A DNA stretch of 64,000 nucleotides from an archaeon (GCA_043797265.1 JAZDPV010000018.1:1-64000); one strand, 5' to 3'. Positions 8,698 to 18,058 are shown, counted from the first letter of the stretch. Made by a program: numbers and translations. The notes: generated by a model from the sequence alone, not told the origin.

Positions 8698-8831
8698 TAG
8701 GGCTACCCTGCTCGCAATTTGCATTTCGCAAAACAATTTTAGTTTTAGTTTTGCTCGAAGCGAATTGCTCGTTTAGACCAGGGGTCGTGAAGTCCCAAAC
8801 CTCGAAGGCTACCAGACTACCCCATAGCCCT
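8698..8831 (-). pseudogene. second tRNA-Pro(TGG)-like copy with a ~61-nt structured insertion in the T loop
   Basis: 5' two-thirds nearly identical to 8616-8688; acceptor AGGGCTA/TAGCCCT and T stem CCCTG/CAGGG still pair. Confidence 0.75.
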
Positions 8832-8863
8832 ATAATTATGAGGCGATTTTTTAATTAATAAAG

Positions 8864-9529
8864 TTATTCCTTTTTTTCTTTTTCTTTTTTCTTTTCTGGG
8901 GCTGGAGTTTCTTTTGTTGCAACTTCGGTTTTCTTTTCTTCCTCGGCTGCCTTTTCTGCTTCCTCGGCTTTCTTAATTGCTTCTTGTTCTGCTTTAATTC
9001 CTGCAAAATATTCGTCTAATTTTTTTTGTTTTTCCGGGTCAATGTTGGTTTTTTGTGCTTCTATTTCGTCTTTGTATTTTCCTTCTGATATTTCTTTCAA
9101 AATTTCTTTTGGGTCTTTGCTTTCAATCAGAACTCCGAGGGCCTGGCATGTTCCGATTACGGATTTTACCGACGCCATAAATGTATTTGAAAGCAGGCTG
9201 TTGTGTTTTGCTTTTGCGACCGAAATTACCTGTTCTATCGCGAAGTTCCCGACTTTTTGTTTTAATCTTTCGCTGGATGCCTTTTCGATTTTGAGTTCTT
9301 TTTTTATTAGTTCTGATGTCGGCGGGGACATTACTTTTATTGAAACTTCTTTTGTTTTGGGGTTGATTGTTAGATGGACCGGGACGGTTATTCCTTTGAA
9401 TTCTGATGTTGCTGTGTTCACGTCGGAGATTACCTTCCCTATGTTGATCCCCATTGGCCCGAGTTGTTGTGCGACTGCCGGACCTGGTGTCATATTCCCG
9501 CCTTCGACCAAAAGTTTAATTAATGTCAT
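8864..9529 (-). CDS. rpl11: 50S ribosomal protein uL11 with charged C-terminal extension
   Basis: LLVEGG..TPGP...LGPMGIN, PPTSELIKKEL. Confidence 0.95.
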   Translation of the reverse strand: MTLIKLLVEGGNMTPGPAVAQQLGPMGINIGKVISDVNTATSEFKGITVPVHLTINPKTKEVSIKVMSPPTSELIKKELKIEKASSERLKQKVGNFAIEQVISVAKAKHNSLLSNTFMASVKSVIGTCQALGVLIESKDPKEILKEISEGKYKDEIEAQKTNIDPEKQKKLDEYFAGIKAEQEAIKKAEEAEKAAEEEKKTEVATKETPAPEKKKEKEKKE

Positions 9530-9558
9530 TTTTGATTTTTGAAAAGTTAGTTTAAAAA

Positions 9559-10251
9559 CTATTCCTCTTCGAGCTCCTCCCGTCTTATTACTCTTATGTT
9601 ATCGAGTTTTACCGTGACTGGTATTGGGACTGCTGCCCCGAGAAGAGAGACAACGCATTCGTTTTTTATTTTGTCTATTCTGACAACTTTTGCTTTTTCA
9701 TTTTTGAATGGTTCGGAGATTATTTCGATGATGTCGTTCTTTTCGATTTTGATGTCGGCAGCGACGGGTTCGAGCATTTGTTTTATTTTGTCGTAGGTGA
9801 CGGTCTCCCCGATTATCCCCTTGACGTATGGCAAATTAAAGACCGCGTCTTCTGCGTGTTTGTGGTCTGGGGATTCTAAAAAGATATACCCTCTTAGCCC
9901 GTGCGGTCGAGCAATCGCGTAGATTTCTATTTTCTTTTTCTTGACTTTGTCGGCAATCATTTCGAGCGCCTTGTCTTCTTTGTTTGTTGTAACCTTGACG
10001 ATATAGATTTGGGATTCAAATTCTCTTTTTGGTTTTGGGGCTTCCGTGATTTTTTCTTTGGCTTCAACTTCCTGTTCTAATTCTTTTTCTTCTTCGGCAA
10101 GTTCTGCGGCGGTTTCTTCGATTGTTTCTTCTTCTGGAATTAGTGATTCTTTTTTTGAGCCCTTGATTTTTGGGGCAAAAGTTTCTTCAGCGACGCGACT
10201 ATTGTCGTGTTCTTCGAGGTAACTGAATTCGTCGTCGTATCCTATTGCCAT
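9559..10251 (-). CDS. spt5: transcription elongation factor Spt5
   Basis: NGN domain (LRGYIFLE) plus KOW (IISEPFKNEKAKV); secE-spt5-rpl11 order. Confidence 0.95.
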   Translation of the reverse strand: MAIGYDDEFSYLEEHDNSRVAEETFAPKIKGSKKESLIPEEETIEETAAELAEEEKELEQEVEAKEKITEAPKPKREFESQIYIVKVTTNKEDKALEMIADKVKKKKIEIYAIARPHGLRGYIFLESPDHKHAEDAVFNLPYVKGIIGETVTYDKIKQMLEPVAADIKIEKNDIIEIISEPFKNEKAKVVRIDKIKNECVVSLLGAAVPIPVTVKLDNIRVIRREELEEE

Positions 10252-10328
10252 TATTTGCTCCAACTAGCTCTTAAAAATCTAAGAACTAGATGTTAGTATT
10301 TGATATTTCTCATTTAAAAAGATTTTGG

Positions 10329-10511
10329 TTAGATAAATATTTTCATTGCTACTGAAATTGTGAAGCCGAGAGCGCCGATGACAAGAAGCCCGATTGCTGA
10401 AACTTTTGAGATTGTTTTGAATTCTGACATGGTTGGTTTTTTCAGGAGTCGCCAAACTCGGAGATATTTGTGGTATTGCGGGGATAATTTTTGTAATAAT
10501 TTTCCTATCAT
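10329..10511 (-). CDS. secE: protein translocase SecE/Sec61-gamma
   Basis: YLRVWRLLKKPTMSEF followed by a TM helix. Confidence 0.9.
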   Translation of the reverse strand: MIGKLLQKLSPQYHKYLRVWRLLKKPTMSEFKTISKVSAIGLLVIGALGFTISVAMKIFI

Positions 10512-10541
10512 ATTAATTAGAGATAATTTGGGTTTTTAAAA

Positions 10542-11654
10542 TTATTCGTCGAGAAATTCTATACCGAGTTCGCCTTCCATGTCTTTTCGTCGGGCTTCCT
10601 CGATTGGGATTCGTTCGCCGGAAATTTGCGGGGATTTGACTCCTGTTATTATCACCATGACTTTTAGAGATTTTTCCATATCTTTGGAAATTTGGGCTCC
10701 CGAGATTAATTTGGCATCGGGGGAAAGTTGTTCGCCGATTTTTTGAATTATTTGCTTGTATTCTTCGAGTGATAGGTCTGTGCCGCCGATGACGTTTATT
10801 AGCGCTCCTTGTGCATTTTTGACGTCGACGTCGAGGAGTGGGTTGTTCAGGGCTTTGTCTACTGCTTCCATTGCCCGGTCGCTTGAGTCCGACTCGCCTA
10901 TGCCGATTAATGAGACGCCTCCGTTCGCCATAACTGCTTTAATGTCTGCGAAGTCGAGATTTACAAGTCCTGATGATGTCACGAGTTCTGTGATTCCTTT
11001 GACTGCATTTGTCAAGATTTCGTCTGCGACTTTGAAAGCTGTTGGGAGTGGTAAGTCTGGTGCGAGATCGAGAAGTTTGTCGTTTGGGATTACAATTAAT
11101 GTGTCGACGATGCCCTCCATCCGTTCGAGTCCTTCCATTGCGTTTTCGATTCGTTTTGCTCCCTCGACGGTAAAAGGAAGTGTCACAACGCCTATTACCA
11201 ACGCTCCTTGTTTTTTTGCGAGTTCTGCCACGACTGGTGCTGCCCCCGTTCCTGTTCCGCCTCCGAGTCCGCATGTTACGAAAACCAAATCAGAATTTTG
11301 AAGTTTTTTGCTTATTTCTTGTTGTTGTTCTCGCGCGGCTTCCTGTCCGATTCTTGGGTTGGAGCCGGCTCCAAGTCCTTTTGATAATTCTCGTCCGATT
11401 AAAATTTTTTGGTCGGCGTTTGTGTAGAGCAGGTCTTGGGCGTCAGTATTTATTGCTATTATTTCTCCGCCCCTGATTCCAATTTCTCGCATTCGTGAAA
11501 TTGTATTTCCGCCGGCGCCGCCGATTCCGATTACTTTTATTCGAGCGGCTTGTTTTTTTAAAATTTCTTCGAGTTCTCTATCTATTTCTGAATTTGAATG
11601 ATTTTGTGAGATTTGCATTGAATTTCTGTCGCCTCTTCCTAGGATATCTTCCAT
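10542..11654 (-). CDS. ftsZ: cell division protein FtsZ
   Basis: GGAGGN, GGGTGTG, NLDFAD. Confidence 0.98.
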   Translation of the reverse strand: MEDILGRGDRNSMQISQNHSNSEIDRELEEILKKQAARIKVIGIGGAGGNTISRMREIGIRGGEIIAINTDAQDLLYTNADQKILIGRELSKGLGAGSNPRIGQEAAREQQQEISKKLQNSDLVFVTCGLGGGTGTGAAPVVAELAKKQGALVIGVVTLPFTVEGAKRIENAMEGLERMEGIVDTLIVIPNDKLLDLAPDLPLPTAFKVADEILTNAVKGITELVTSSGLVNLDFADIKAVMANGGVSLIGIGESDSSDRAMEAVDKALNNPLLDVDVKNAQGALINVIGGTDLSLEEYKQIIQKIGEQLSPDAKLISGAQISKDMEKSLKVMVIITGVKSPQISGERIPIEEARRKDMEGELGIEFLDE

Positions 11655-11686
11655 CTTTTTTGGAAAGAATTTGGGTTTATAATAAT

Positions 11687-12397
11687 TTATGTGGTCGAAA
11701 TATCGTCTTGAATGGAATGCTGGTGTTTAGGAAGATTTTTGTCTGTTGCTGCAGGGCTTGATTTGATAATTTTGGATTCTGTTTTCATTCCTAAAATCTC
11801 TTCGAATTTTGATGCGAAAATTTTTATGAATGGTTCGAATTGTTTTTCGATTTCGAAAATTATTTTTTTGTCTTCGGTTTTGAAATTGAATTGTTTTTGA
11901 AAGAAAAAATCTTGGAGTGCGTTGATTTTTTCTTTTTCGTCGTCGATTAGGCGGTTGATTTTGTAGGTGTATGTGATTTCTTTGCCGGCGAGCGGGTTGT
12001 TGAAGTCGACGAGAGTTCGGCCGCGGTCTGATGATAAAATTTTGACCAGTTGGCCGTCGAGGGAAAGTTGCATTCCTTTTTGCGGTTCGATTTTTTGTTC
12101 GTGAAAATGTTTTGCAGGAATCATCCGGACGAGTTTTGGGTTTCGTTTGCCGAAAGCGTTTTCGGGTTTTAAATTTAGGATGTATTGTTTATTTATTTCT
12201 TTTCCTTCGAGATCGGCGTCGAAACCGGTTGGCAACATTTTGTGTCCGATGGATAGGATGAATGGTTTTAGTTCTTTGATATTTAATTCTGCTTTTTCTG
12301 CGTCGGCTTTTATGTTTGTGTCGAAGATTTCGTTTGTGTTTGAAATTTTGCCGGTGAATTCAATTTCGATGAAGTCGTTCTTGTTTAGTTTTGTCAT
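11687..12397 (-). CDS. slyD: FKBP-type peptidyl-prolyl isomerase (long archaeal SlyD type)
   Basis: IFDTN, PENAFGKR, VDFNNPLAGK. Confidence 0.9.
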   Translation of the reverse strand: MTKLNKNDFIEIEFTGKISNTNEIFDTNIKADAEKAELNIKELKPFILSIGHKMLPTGFDADLEGKEINKQYILNLKPENAFGKRNPKLVRMIPAKHFHEQKIEPQKGMQLSLDGQLVKILSSDRGRTLVDFNNPLAGKEITYTYKINRLIDDEKEKINALQDFFFQKQFNFKTEDKKIIFEIEKQFEPFIKIFASKFEEILGMKTESKIIKSSPAATDKNLPKHQHSIQDDISTT

Positions 12398-12480
12398 TAA
12401 AATTTTTTGTAACACAGGTTTTTAAGGTTGTTGGGTTGAGTTGGGAAGTTTTATAAACGAAGTTTTTTTCTACCTTAATT

Positions 12481-12870
12481 ATGGTAGCGAGGGTTATTGA
12501 TGCGGCGGAGATGCGTGTGGGGACTTTTGTGATGATTGAAGGTTCTACTTATCAGGTTAGAAAAGTTGATCATTCTAAGACGGGAAAGCATGGGCACACG
12601 AAGGTCAGGTTTGAGGCGGTGCATATTGTTACTGGGAAAAAGAAAGTTGCCGTGGTGCCTGGACCGGACAAGTTTGAGGTGCCGATGATTGAGAAAAAAC
12701 AGGCGCAGGTTCTTTCGGTTGTTGGGGATAATGTTAGTATTATGGATAGCGAGAGTTATGAAAATTTTGAGTTGGTCGTGCCGGAGGATTTGAAGGGAGA
12801 GATTAAGGATGGAGTTACCGTCGAGTATTGGGATGTTGAAGGGGAGAAAATTCTAAAGCGAGTGCTTTAG
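12481..12870 (+). CDS. eif5a: translation factor aIF5A
   Basis: SKTGKHGH hypusine loop. Confidence 0.97.
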   Translation: MVARVIDAAEMRVGTFVMIEGSTYQVRKVDHSKTGKHGHTKVRFEAVHIVTGKKKVAVVPGPDKFEVPMIEKKQAQVLSVVGDNVSIMDSESYENFELVVPEDLKGEIKDGVTVEYWDVEGEKILKRVL

Positions 12871-12967
12871 AATTTTGGTGGCTCGTTAGCTTTGCTAACA
12901 GGGGGCTCGACTTCGTCGGGAGGCTCAGCTTCGCTGGGTGGCTCATCGACTTTGTCGATGGAGACTT
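12847..12967. repeat. linker-plus-hairpin micro-array (linker GGNGGCTC)
   Basis: 13-bp fold-back over the stop codon, then linkers at 12877, 12901, 12919 and 12937, each followed by a different hairpin with TTC/TTT loop. Confidence 0.85.
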
Positions 12968-13057
12968 GGTGATTTTTGTTATGAGAGATTATATAAATTA
13001 AAAAGGATTTTAATTTGTTATCGGTAAATTTAAAAGGTGGGATTTTTATTGTTGGTT

Positions 13058-13222
13058 ATGGCGACGAAACTTCTTGCGGCGCAGAATCGGTTGTATAAGA
13101 ATGCGTTTGTCTGCAAGAGATGCAAGCATAAAATGAGATTGGAGCCGTTGAAAATTTTGACAGGGAAGGCGCGATGCCGGAAGTGTGGCGGGAAAGATTT
13201 TAGAACGGTGAGGAAGAAGTAG
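13058..13222 (+). CDS. rpl40e: 50S ribosomal protein eL40
   Basis: VCKRC...CRKCG...R.VRKK zinc finger. Confidence 0.85.
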   Translation: MATKLLAAQNRLYKNAFVCKRCKHKMRLEPLKILTGKARCRKCGGKDFRTVRKK

Positions 13223-13332
13223 GGTACCTACTTCATGTTTTTATTTTAAAAATTCTGAAAAATAAAATAAGAAGTAGGGTATCTACTTCATGTTTTTATT
13301 TTAAAAATTCTGAAAAATAAAATAAGAAGTAG
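13214..13332. repeat. 55-bp tandem duplication including the rpl40e stop codon, with internal palindromes
   Basis: aagaagtag at 13214, 13269 and 13324; the units differ by one base. Confidence 0.9.
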
Positions 13333-13356
13333 TTTTATAAAAGGATTTTATCTTTA

Positions 13357-14742
13357 ATGGTAATGGTGAGTTTTTGGGTTTATGATGTCGGGTTTTTGAT
13401 TTTGTTTAGCTTGTTTGTGGTTTGGTTTTTGAGTTCGAGGCGGAAGGCGCTGAGTCGGCAGGGGATAATTTTTATGTATCGGACGCAATTCGGGGTTAGG
13501 GCGATTAAATATGTCGGGGATAATTTCAAGAAGGTTTTGTATGGATTGAAATATGTGATTGTCGGGGTTGGGTTGTTTTTGATGGGTGTGATGATTTGGA
13601 TGTTGGGGCAGACTGTTTTGGTTTATTTGTTACATCCTGAGATTACGAAGGTGATTAAGGCGCCGCCGATTGCTCCGTTGATTCCGTATTTCCCGAAGCT
13701 GTTTGGGATGGAGAGTTTTTTCCCGCCGTTTTATTTTAGTTATTTTATTGTGGCGTTGGCGATTGTCGCGATTGTGCACGAATTTAGTCATGGGATTTTT
13801 ATGAGGTTGTTTAAGGTCAAGATTAAATCGACTGGGTTGGTTTTTCTCGGGCCGATTTTGGGGGCGTTTGTCGAGCAGGAAGACAAGAGTTTTCACAAGA
13901 AAAAAAATTTGGAGCAAATGACGATTTTGGGTGCGGGAGTTTTTGCGAACTTGATTGTTGCCCTGATTTTTTATGGGCTTTATGTTGCGTTCTTTTTTAG
14001 TTCGTTTGCGGCGGCGGGTTATGTGTTTGATAGTTATGCATTGGCTGTTGTTCCGCTGGATGAGATTAGTGGATTTGGTGAGCGCGGGGATTTGATTAGC
14101 GTGTTGACTTTGAATGGGACTTTTTATTTGGACGAAAATTTGGCAGTGCAAATTAATAATAGTGATAGCGGGTATTTGATTGCTTATGATGATGCGCCGG
14201 CGGTTTTGGCTGGGATGCGAGGGGCGATTATTTTGGCTGATGATATTGCGATTAAGGGGCGAGATGATTTGAGAGCGTTTTTGGACAGCAAAGAGCCGGG
14301 GGATGAAGTTGTGTTTGTGACTGAGGATGAGGAGGGTGTCAGGAGTTATGATATTATTTTAGGGGAAAGTCCTGCTTATCCGGGGATTGCTTATCTTGGA
14401 GTTGGGAACAGCGTCGGTGGAAAAGGCAGTGTTGTGAAAAGTGTTCTTGACAGGTTTATGGGATTTAGAGAAGCGTCGACATATTATAGGCCGAGTTGGG
14501 ACGGGGATTTTGTTTATTTTATTTATCATCTGCTTTGGTGGGTGATGATTATTAATTTGCTTGTGGCTTTGTTTAATATGTTGCCGTTGGGAATGTTGGA
14601 TGGCGGGCGGTTCTTTTATTTGGCAGTGTTGTCGGTGACTCGTTCGAAGAGTGTTGCAAAGTGGGCGTATAGAGTTGCGGGGTATGGGATTTTGTTTGTG
14701 TTCTTGTTGCTGATGTTTTTTTGGTTTGTGAGAATTATTTAG
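13357..14742 (+). CDS. site-2 protease (M50 family) membrane metalloprotease
   Basis: HEFSH and NMLPLGMLDGG motifs; PDZ-like insert. Confidence 0.93.
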   Translation: MVMVSFWVYDVGFLILFSLFVVWFLSSRRKALSRQGIIFMYRTQFGVRAIKYVGDNFKKVLYGLKYVIVGVGLFLMGVMIWMLGQTVLVYLLHPEITKVIKAPPIAPLIPYFPKLFGMESFFPPFYFSYFIVALAIVAIVHEFSHGIFMRLFKVKIKSTGLVFLGPILGAFVEQEDKSFHKKKNLEQMTILGAGVFANLIVALIFYGLYVAFFFSSFAAAGYVFDSYALAVVPLDEISGFGERGDLISVLTLNGTFYLDENLAVQINNSDSGYLIAYDDAPAVLAGMRGAIILADDIAIKGRDDLRAFLDSKEPGDEVVFVTEDEEGVRSYDIILGESPAYPGIAYLGVGNSVGGKGSVVKSVLDRFMGFREASTYYRPSWDGDFVYFIYHLLWWVMIINLLVALFNMLPLGMLDGGRFFYLAVLSVTRSKSVAKWAYRVAGYGILFVFLLLMFFWFVRII

Positions 14743-14776
14743 GTAAAATTATAAGGGATTAATTCGTTTTTGATTT

Positions 14777-15739
14777 ATGGATAATTGTGTCGGGGAGAAG
14801 TTGAAGAAAATGGGGTATGCGTTGGTTGGTGGAACGAGCGCGGTGCAGATTTGCCGATGGACGAAAAATAGTTTGCGAGGTGACCGAGGATGCTGGAAGG
14901 AGAAATTTTACGGAGTGAGTTCTGCGGGATGCTGTCAGATGACGCCGTCGGTAATGTGGTGCGAGAATCGGTGTTTGCATTGTTGGAGGCCGATTGAAAT
15001 GAATCTTGGAACAGAGTTGCCGATAATTGATGAACCGGTTAATATTTTGAATGGGATTGTTGCGGCGAGAAAAAAATTGTTAGAGGGGTTTAGGGGGAGA
15101 AGGGGAATTAATGTTGAGAAATTGAAGAAGGCGATGGAGCCGTCGCTGTATACGATGAGTTTGTCCGGGGAGCCGACGCTTTATCCGAGACTTGGAGAGA
15201 TGTTTAAAGAGATTAGGAAGAGAGGGGCGGTTTCTTTTTTGGTAACTAATGGATTGAATCCTGAGGTGTTGGCTGGATTTAAAAAAGATGAATTGCCGAC
15301 GCAGATTACGGTTTCAATGAACGCGCCGAATGAGAAATTGTTTGGGATTTGGCACCGGTCGATGAAGAAGGATGCGTGGAAAAAATTTAATGAGACGTTA
15401 GATGTGATTAGGAATTTGAAGGGGGAAGTCCGGCGCGTGATTAGATTGACTTTAGTTAAGGATGAGAATATGTCGAGAGAAAATGTTGGGGAGTATTGTA
15501 ATTTAGTTAGGAAGGCGGAGCCGGATTTTATTCATGTTAAAGGATTCAAGTCGATTGGGTATGCGAGAGAAAGGTTGGGTTATGACAAACAGGTTTGGTT
15601 TGATGGGGTTAAGGAGTTCGCTTTGAAGATGGAAAAAGAATTAGTTAAAGATGGTTTTAAAATTTCGGCTGAGGATAGGAGATGTTGCGTCGTCATGTTG
15701 GCGCGAGATGGGGCGAAGTTGAAGATTACAAAAATATGA
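14777..15739 (+). CDS. taw1: 4-demethylwyosine synthase TYW1/Taw1 (radical SAM)
   Basis: ICRWTK, CWKEKFYG, CENRCLHCWR, SLSGEPTLYP. Confidence 0.93.
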   Translation: MDNCVGEKLKKMGYALVGGTSAVQICRWTKNSLRGDRGCWKEKFYGVSSAGCCQMTPSVMWCENRCLHCWRPIEMNLGTELPIIDEPVNILNGIVAARKKLLEGFRGRRGINVEKLKKAMEPSLYTMSLSGEPTLYPRLGEMFKEIRKRGAVSFLVTNGLNPEVLAGFKKDELPTQITVSMNAPNEKLFGIWHRSMKKDAWKKFNETLDVIRNLKGEVRRVIRLTLVKDENMSRENVGEYCNLVRKAEPDFIHVKGFKSIGYARERLGYDKQVWFDGVKEFALKMEKELVKDGFKISAEDRRCCVVMLARDGAKLKITKI

Positions 15740-16079
15740 TGCCGTCTTTAGTTAGGGCAGTGAAGCGGACGCCGACGGGAAGTGAGAGAAGCGCAGACTG
15801 GAGCGCCATGTGTTCTTTGCCGTTGCCGGATGCGATTGAGAGTGCGACTTCGAGGCCGGAAAATTTTCCCTTGAGTTTTTTTTCTAAATCTTTTTTTAGG
15901 TTGATTAGTGATTTATCTGGGTCGAATTCTATGAAATCGAATGGCCTGTCGTGGACTGTGAATTCTTTTGCGAAGGTTGGGCCGACTATTATTACTTTTT
16001 CCCATTCGCCTTTTTGCATTAGGCCAGAGACTTGTCCCCATGTTCCTTTGCCGGTTGAGAGGAGTGCTACTAGTTCCAT
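15726..16079 (-). CDS. conserved hypothetical protein
   Basis: Globular 117-aa ORF (LSTGKGTWGQV...SGNGKEHMAL) with codon bias matching other minus-strand genes. Confidence 0.7.
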   Translation of the reverse strand: MELVALLSTGKGTWGQVSGLMQKGEWEKVIIVGPTFAKEFTVHDRPFDFIEFDPDKSLINLKKDLEKKLKGKFSGLEVALSIASGNGKEHMALQSALLSLPVGVRFTALTKDGIIFL

Positions 16080-16163
16080 TTTAAAAAAATGATTGTGGAT
16101 TATTTAAGGATTTATGTGATGGATGATAAGTTTTATAAAGTGAGTTTTTGATTGGGTTGTACT

Positions 16164-16200
16164 ACGGGAGTAGGAGACTTCGGTCGCAAATTACTTCTGT
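16164..16200 (+). promoter_or_regulatory. uL1-binding autoregulatory RNA site in the rpl1 leader
   Basis: Stem acgggagta/tacttctgt enclosing GGAG-AC-UUCG-GU-CGCAAA, resembling the L1 target motif; TATA-like tttataaa at ~16132. Confidence 0.8.
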
Positions 16201-16206
16201 TATATT

Positions 16207-16827
16207 ATGGAAATTAAGAAGGCACTTGAGGAACTTAGGAAAGGGAAGAAGCGGAAGTTTGTGCAGACGCTGGATTTAATTGTGAATTTGAAGAATTTTG
16301 ACGTGAGGAAAGAGGCGTTGAATAGTTTTGTTTCGGTGCCTCACGGGGGCGAGAAAAAGTTGGCTGGGTTTTTGACGAAGAGGTCGAAGCTGATTGATAG
16401 CATTACCGAGATGGATTTTGAGAAGTTTAAGGATTTGAAGGATATCAAGAAGTTGGCGAGGAGATATGACGCGTTTATTGCGGTCGCGTCGATGATGGGA
16501 AAGATTGCGACGAAGTTTGGACGAGTTCTTGGACCGGTTGGGAAGATGCCGTCGCCGCAGGCCGGGATTATTCCGAAAGAAGAGGATGCGATGATTAAGG
16601 TGATGATTGAGAGGATGAACAAGTCGATTAGAGTTAGAAATAAAGAGATGGCGATTAAGTTGGGGGTTGGGAAGGAGAGCATGAGTGATGACGAGTTGGC
16701 TGAGAATGTCGACGCTGCGATTCAGGGGTTGGAGAAGTTGCTGCCGAGGGGGAAAGATAATATTCGGGAAGTGCTGATTAAATGGACGATGTCGAAGCCG
16801 GTTAAAATTTTGGAGGCGGGAAAGTAA
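16207..16827 (+). CDS. rpl1: 50S ribosomal protein uL1
   Basis: RKFVQTLDLIVNLK, GRVLGPVGKMP. Confidence 0.97.
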   Translation: MEIKKALEELRKGKKRKFVQTLDLIVNLKNFDVRKEALNSFVSVPHGGEKKLAGFLTKRSKLIDSITEMDFEKFKDLKDIKKLARRYDAFIAVASMMGKIATKFGRVLGPVGKMPSPQAGIIPKEEDAMIKVMIERMNKSIRVRNKEMAIKLGVGKESMSDDELAENVDAAIQGLEKLLPRGKDNIREVLIKWTMSKPVKILEAGK

Positions 16828-17639
16828 TGGTGGGGCAAAAAAAGGCGCACGTTTCGGAAATTAAAAAGCGGAAGGTCGTGGAGTTGGCGGGGCTGATGAA
16901 GTCGAAGACTGTGATGGTTATTTCGGTGAAGGGTTTGCCGTCGGCGCAGTTTCAGGATATTAAAAAGAAACTGAGGTCGAAGGCGCGAGTGCAGGTTGTC
17001 AAGAAGAGCTTGGTGAATTTTGCGTTGGAGCATTGCGGGATTAAAGAGTTGCATGGGTTGGTGCCTTATGTTGATGACTCGACGGCGATTTTGTTTAGCG
17101 AGCGGGATGCGTTTGAGATTTCTGGGATTCTTGCGGATGAGAAGAGCCCGGCGAAGGCGAAGGCGGGGCAGATTGCTCCTCATGATATTGAGGTCAAGGC
17201 GGGGCCGACGGATTTGCTGCCTGGTCCTGATATTTCTGCGTTGAGTGCGGTTGGGCTGACGCCGAAAGTCGAGGGCGGAAAGATTGTGATTATGAAAGAC
17301 AAGGTGATTGTTAAGGAAGGTGGTGAGATTAGCGAGAAGTATGCGTCGATTATGGCGAAGCTGAATATTATTCCGTTTGAGGTCGGCGTTGAACCGGTTG
17401 CGGCTTATATGGGTGGGAAAATTTATGTTGATATAAAGATTAATAGAGCGGGGACATTGGCTGAGTTGGTTGAGAGTTGTGGTCGCGGGTTGGCCTTTGC
17501 GGTTGAGATGGGAATTGTGAATTCGGAGAGTTTAGATTTTATTTTTAGGAAAGCGGTTTGTTATGAGGGCGCGATTAGTGGGTTGATTAAGGAAGGGGTT
17601 AGGAATGCTGAAGAAGTAAAAACTTCGGAGGAAAAATAA
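16827..17639 (+). CDS. rpl10: 50S ribosomal protein uL10 (P0)
   Basis: AKAGQIAP.DI.VKAGPT..PGP. Confidence 0.95.
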   Translation: MVGQKKAHVSEIKKRKVVELAGLMKSKTVMVISVKGLPSAQFQDIKKKLRSKARVQVVKKSLVNFALEHCGIKELHGLVPYVDDSTAILFSERDAFEISGILADEKSPAKAKAGQIAPHDIEVKAGPTDLLPGPDISALSAVGLTPKVEGGKIVIMKDKVIVKEGGEISEKYASIMAKLNIIPFEVGVEPVAAYMGGKIYVDIKINRAGTLAELVESCGRGLAFAVEMGIVNSESLDFIFRKAVCYEGAISGLIKEGVRNAEEVKTSEEK

Positions 17640-17690
17640 AAGTCAAATGAAAACATTTGTCATGTTTTTATTTTGACCCCAAAATAAAAA

Positions 17691-17975
17691 ATGGAATATA
17701 TATATGCGGCACTTTTGTTGCACAAGGTTGGGAAGGAAGTCAGCGAGGAGAACTTGAAGAAAGTTATCGCGGCGACCGGGGCTGACGTTGATGAGGCGAA
17801 AGTGAAGGTGCTTGTTGCGTCCTTGAAGGGCGTTAACATCGACGAGAAGTTGGCGAACGCGTCTATTGCTGCGACTCCGGTTGCTGGTGATGTGAAAGCG
17901 GAAGCACCTAAGGAAGAAAAGAAAGAAGAACCTCGGGCCGAGGCGGCTGAAGGTTTGGCTTCATTGTTCGGATAA
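17691..17975 (+). CDS. rpl12: 50S ribosomal protein P1 (aL12)
   Basis: [11 protein letters not shown]...GLASLFG. Confidence 0.97.
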   Translation: MEYIYAALLLHKVGKEVSEENLKKVIAATGADVDEAKVKVLVASLKGVNIDEKLANASIAATPVAGDVKAEAPKEEKKEEPRAEAAEGLASLFG

Positions 17976-18058
17976 GTTAGAACGCTACGCGGTAGAACGA
18001 AAACTTCGTTTTCGGTAGAACGGCTATTGCCGGTAGAACGCGCTTCGCGTGGTAGAAT
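17976..18058. repeat. linker-plus-hairpin micro-array (linker GGTAGAA)
   Basis: gttagaa at 17976, then ggtagaa at 17991, 18014, 18032 and 18051, separated by four different hairpins. Confidence 0.85.

Noticed and set aside
8864-9040. Charged extensions of uL11 (also Spt5, uL22, uS5)
   Set aside because: Low-complexity E/K tails with no DNA repeat signature seen.
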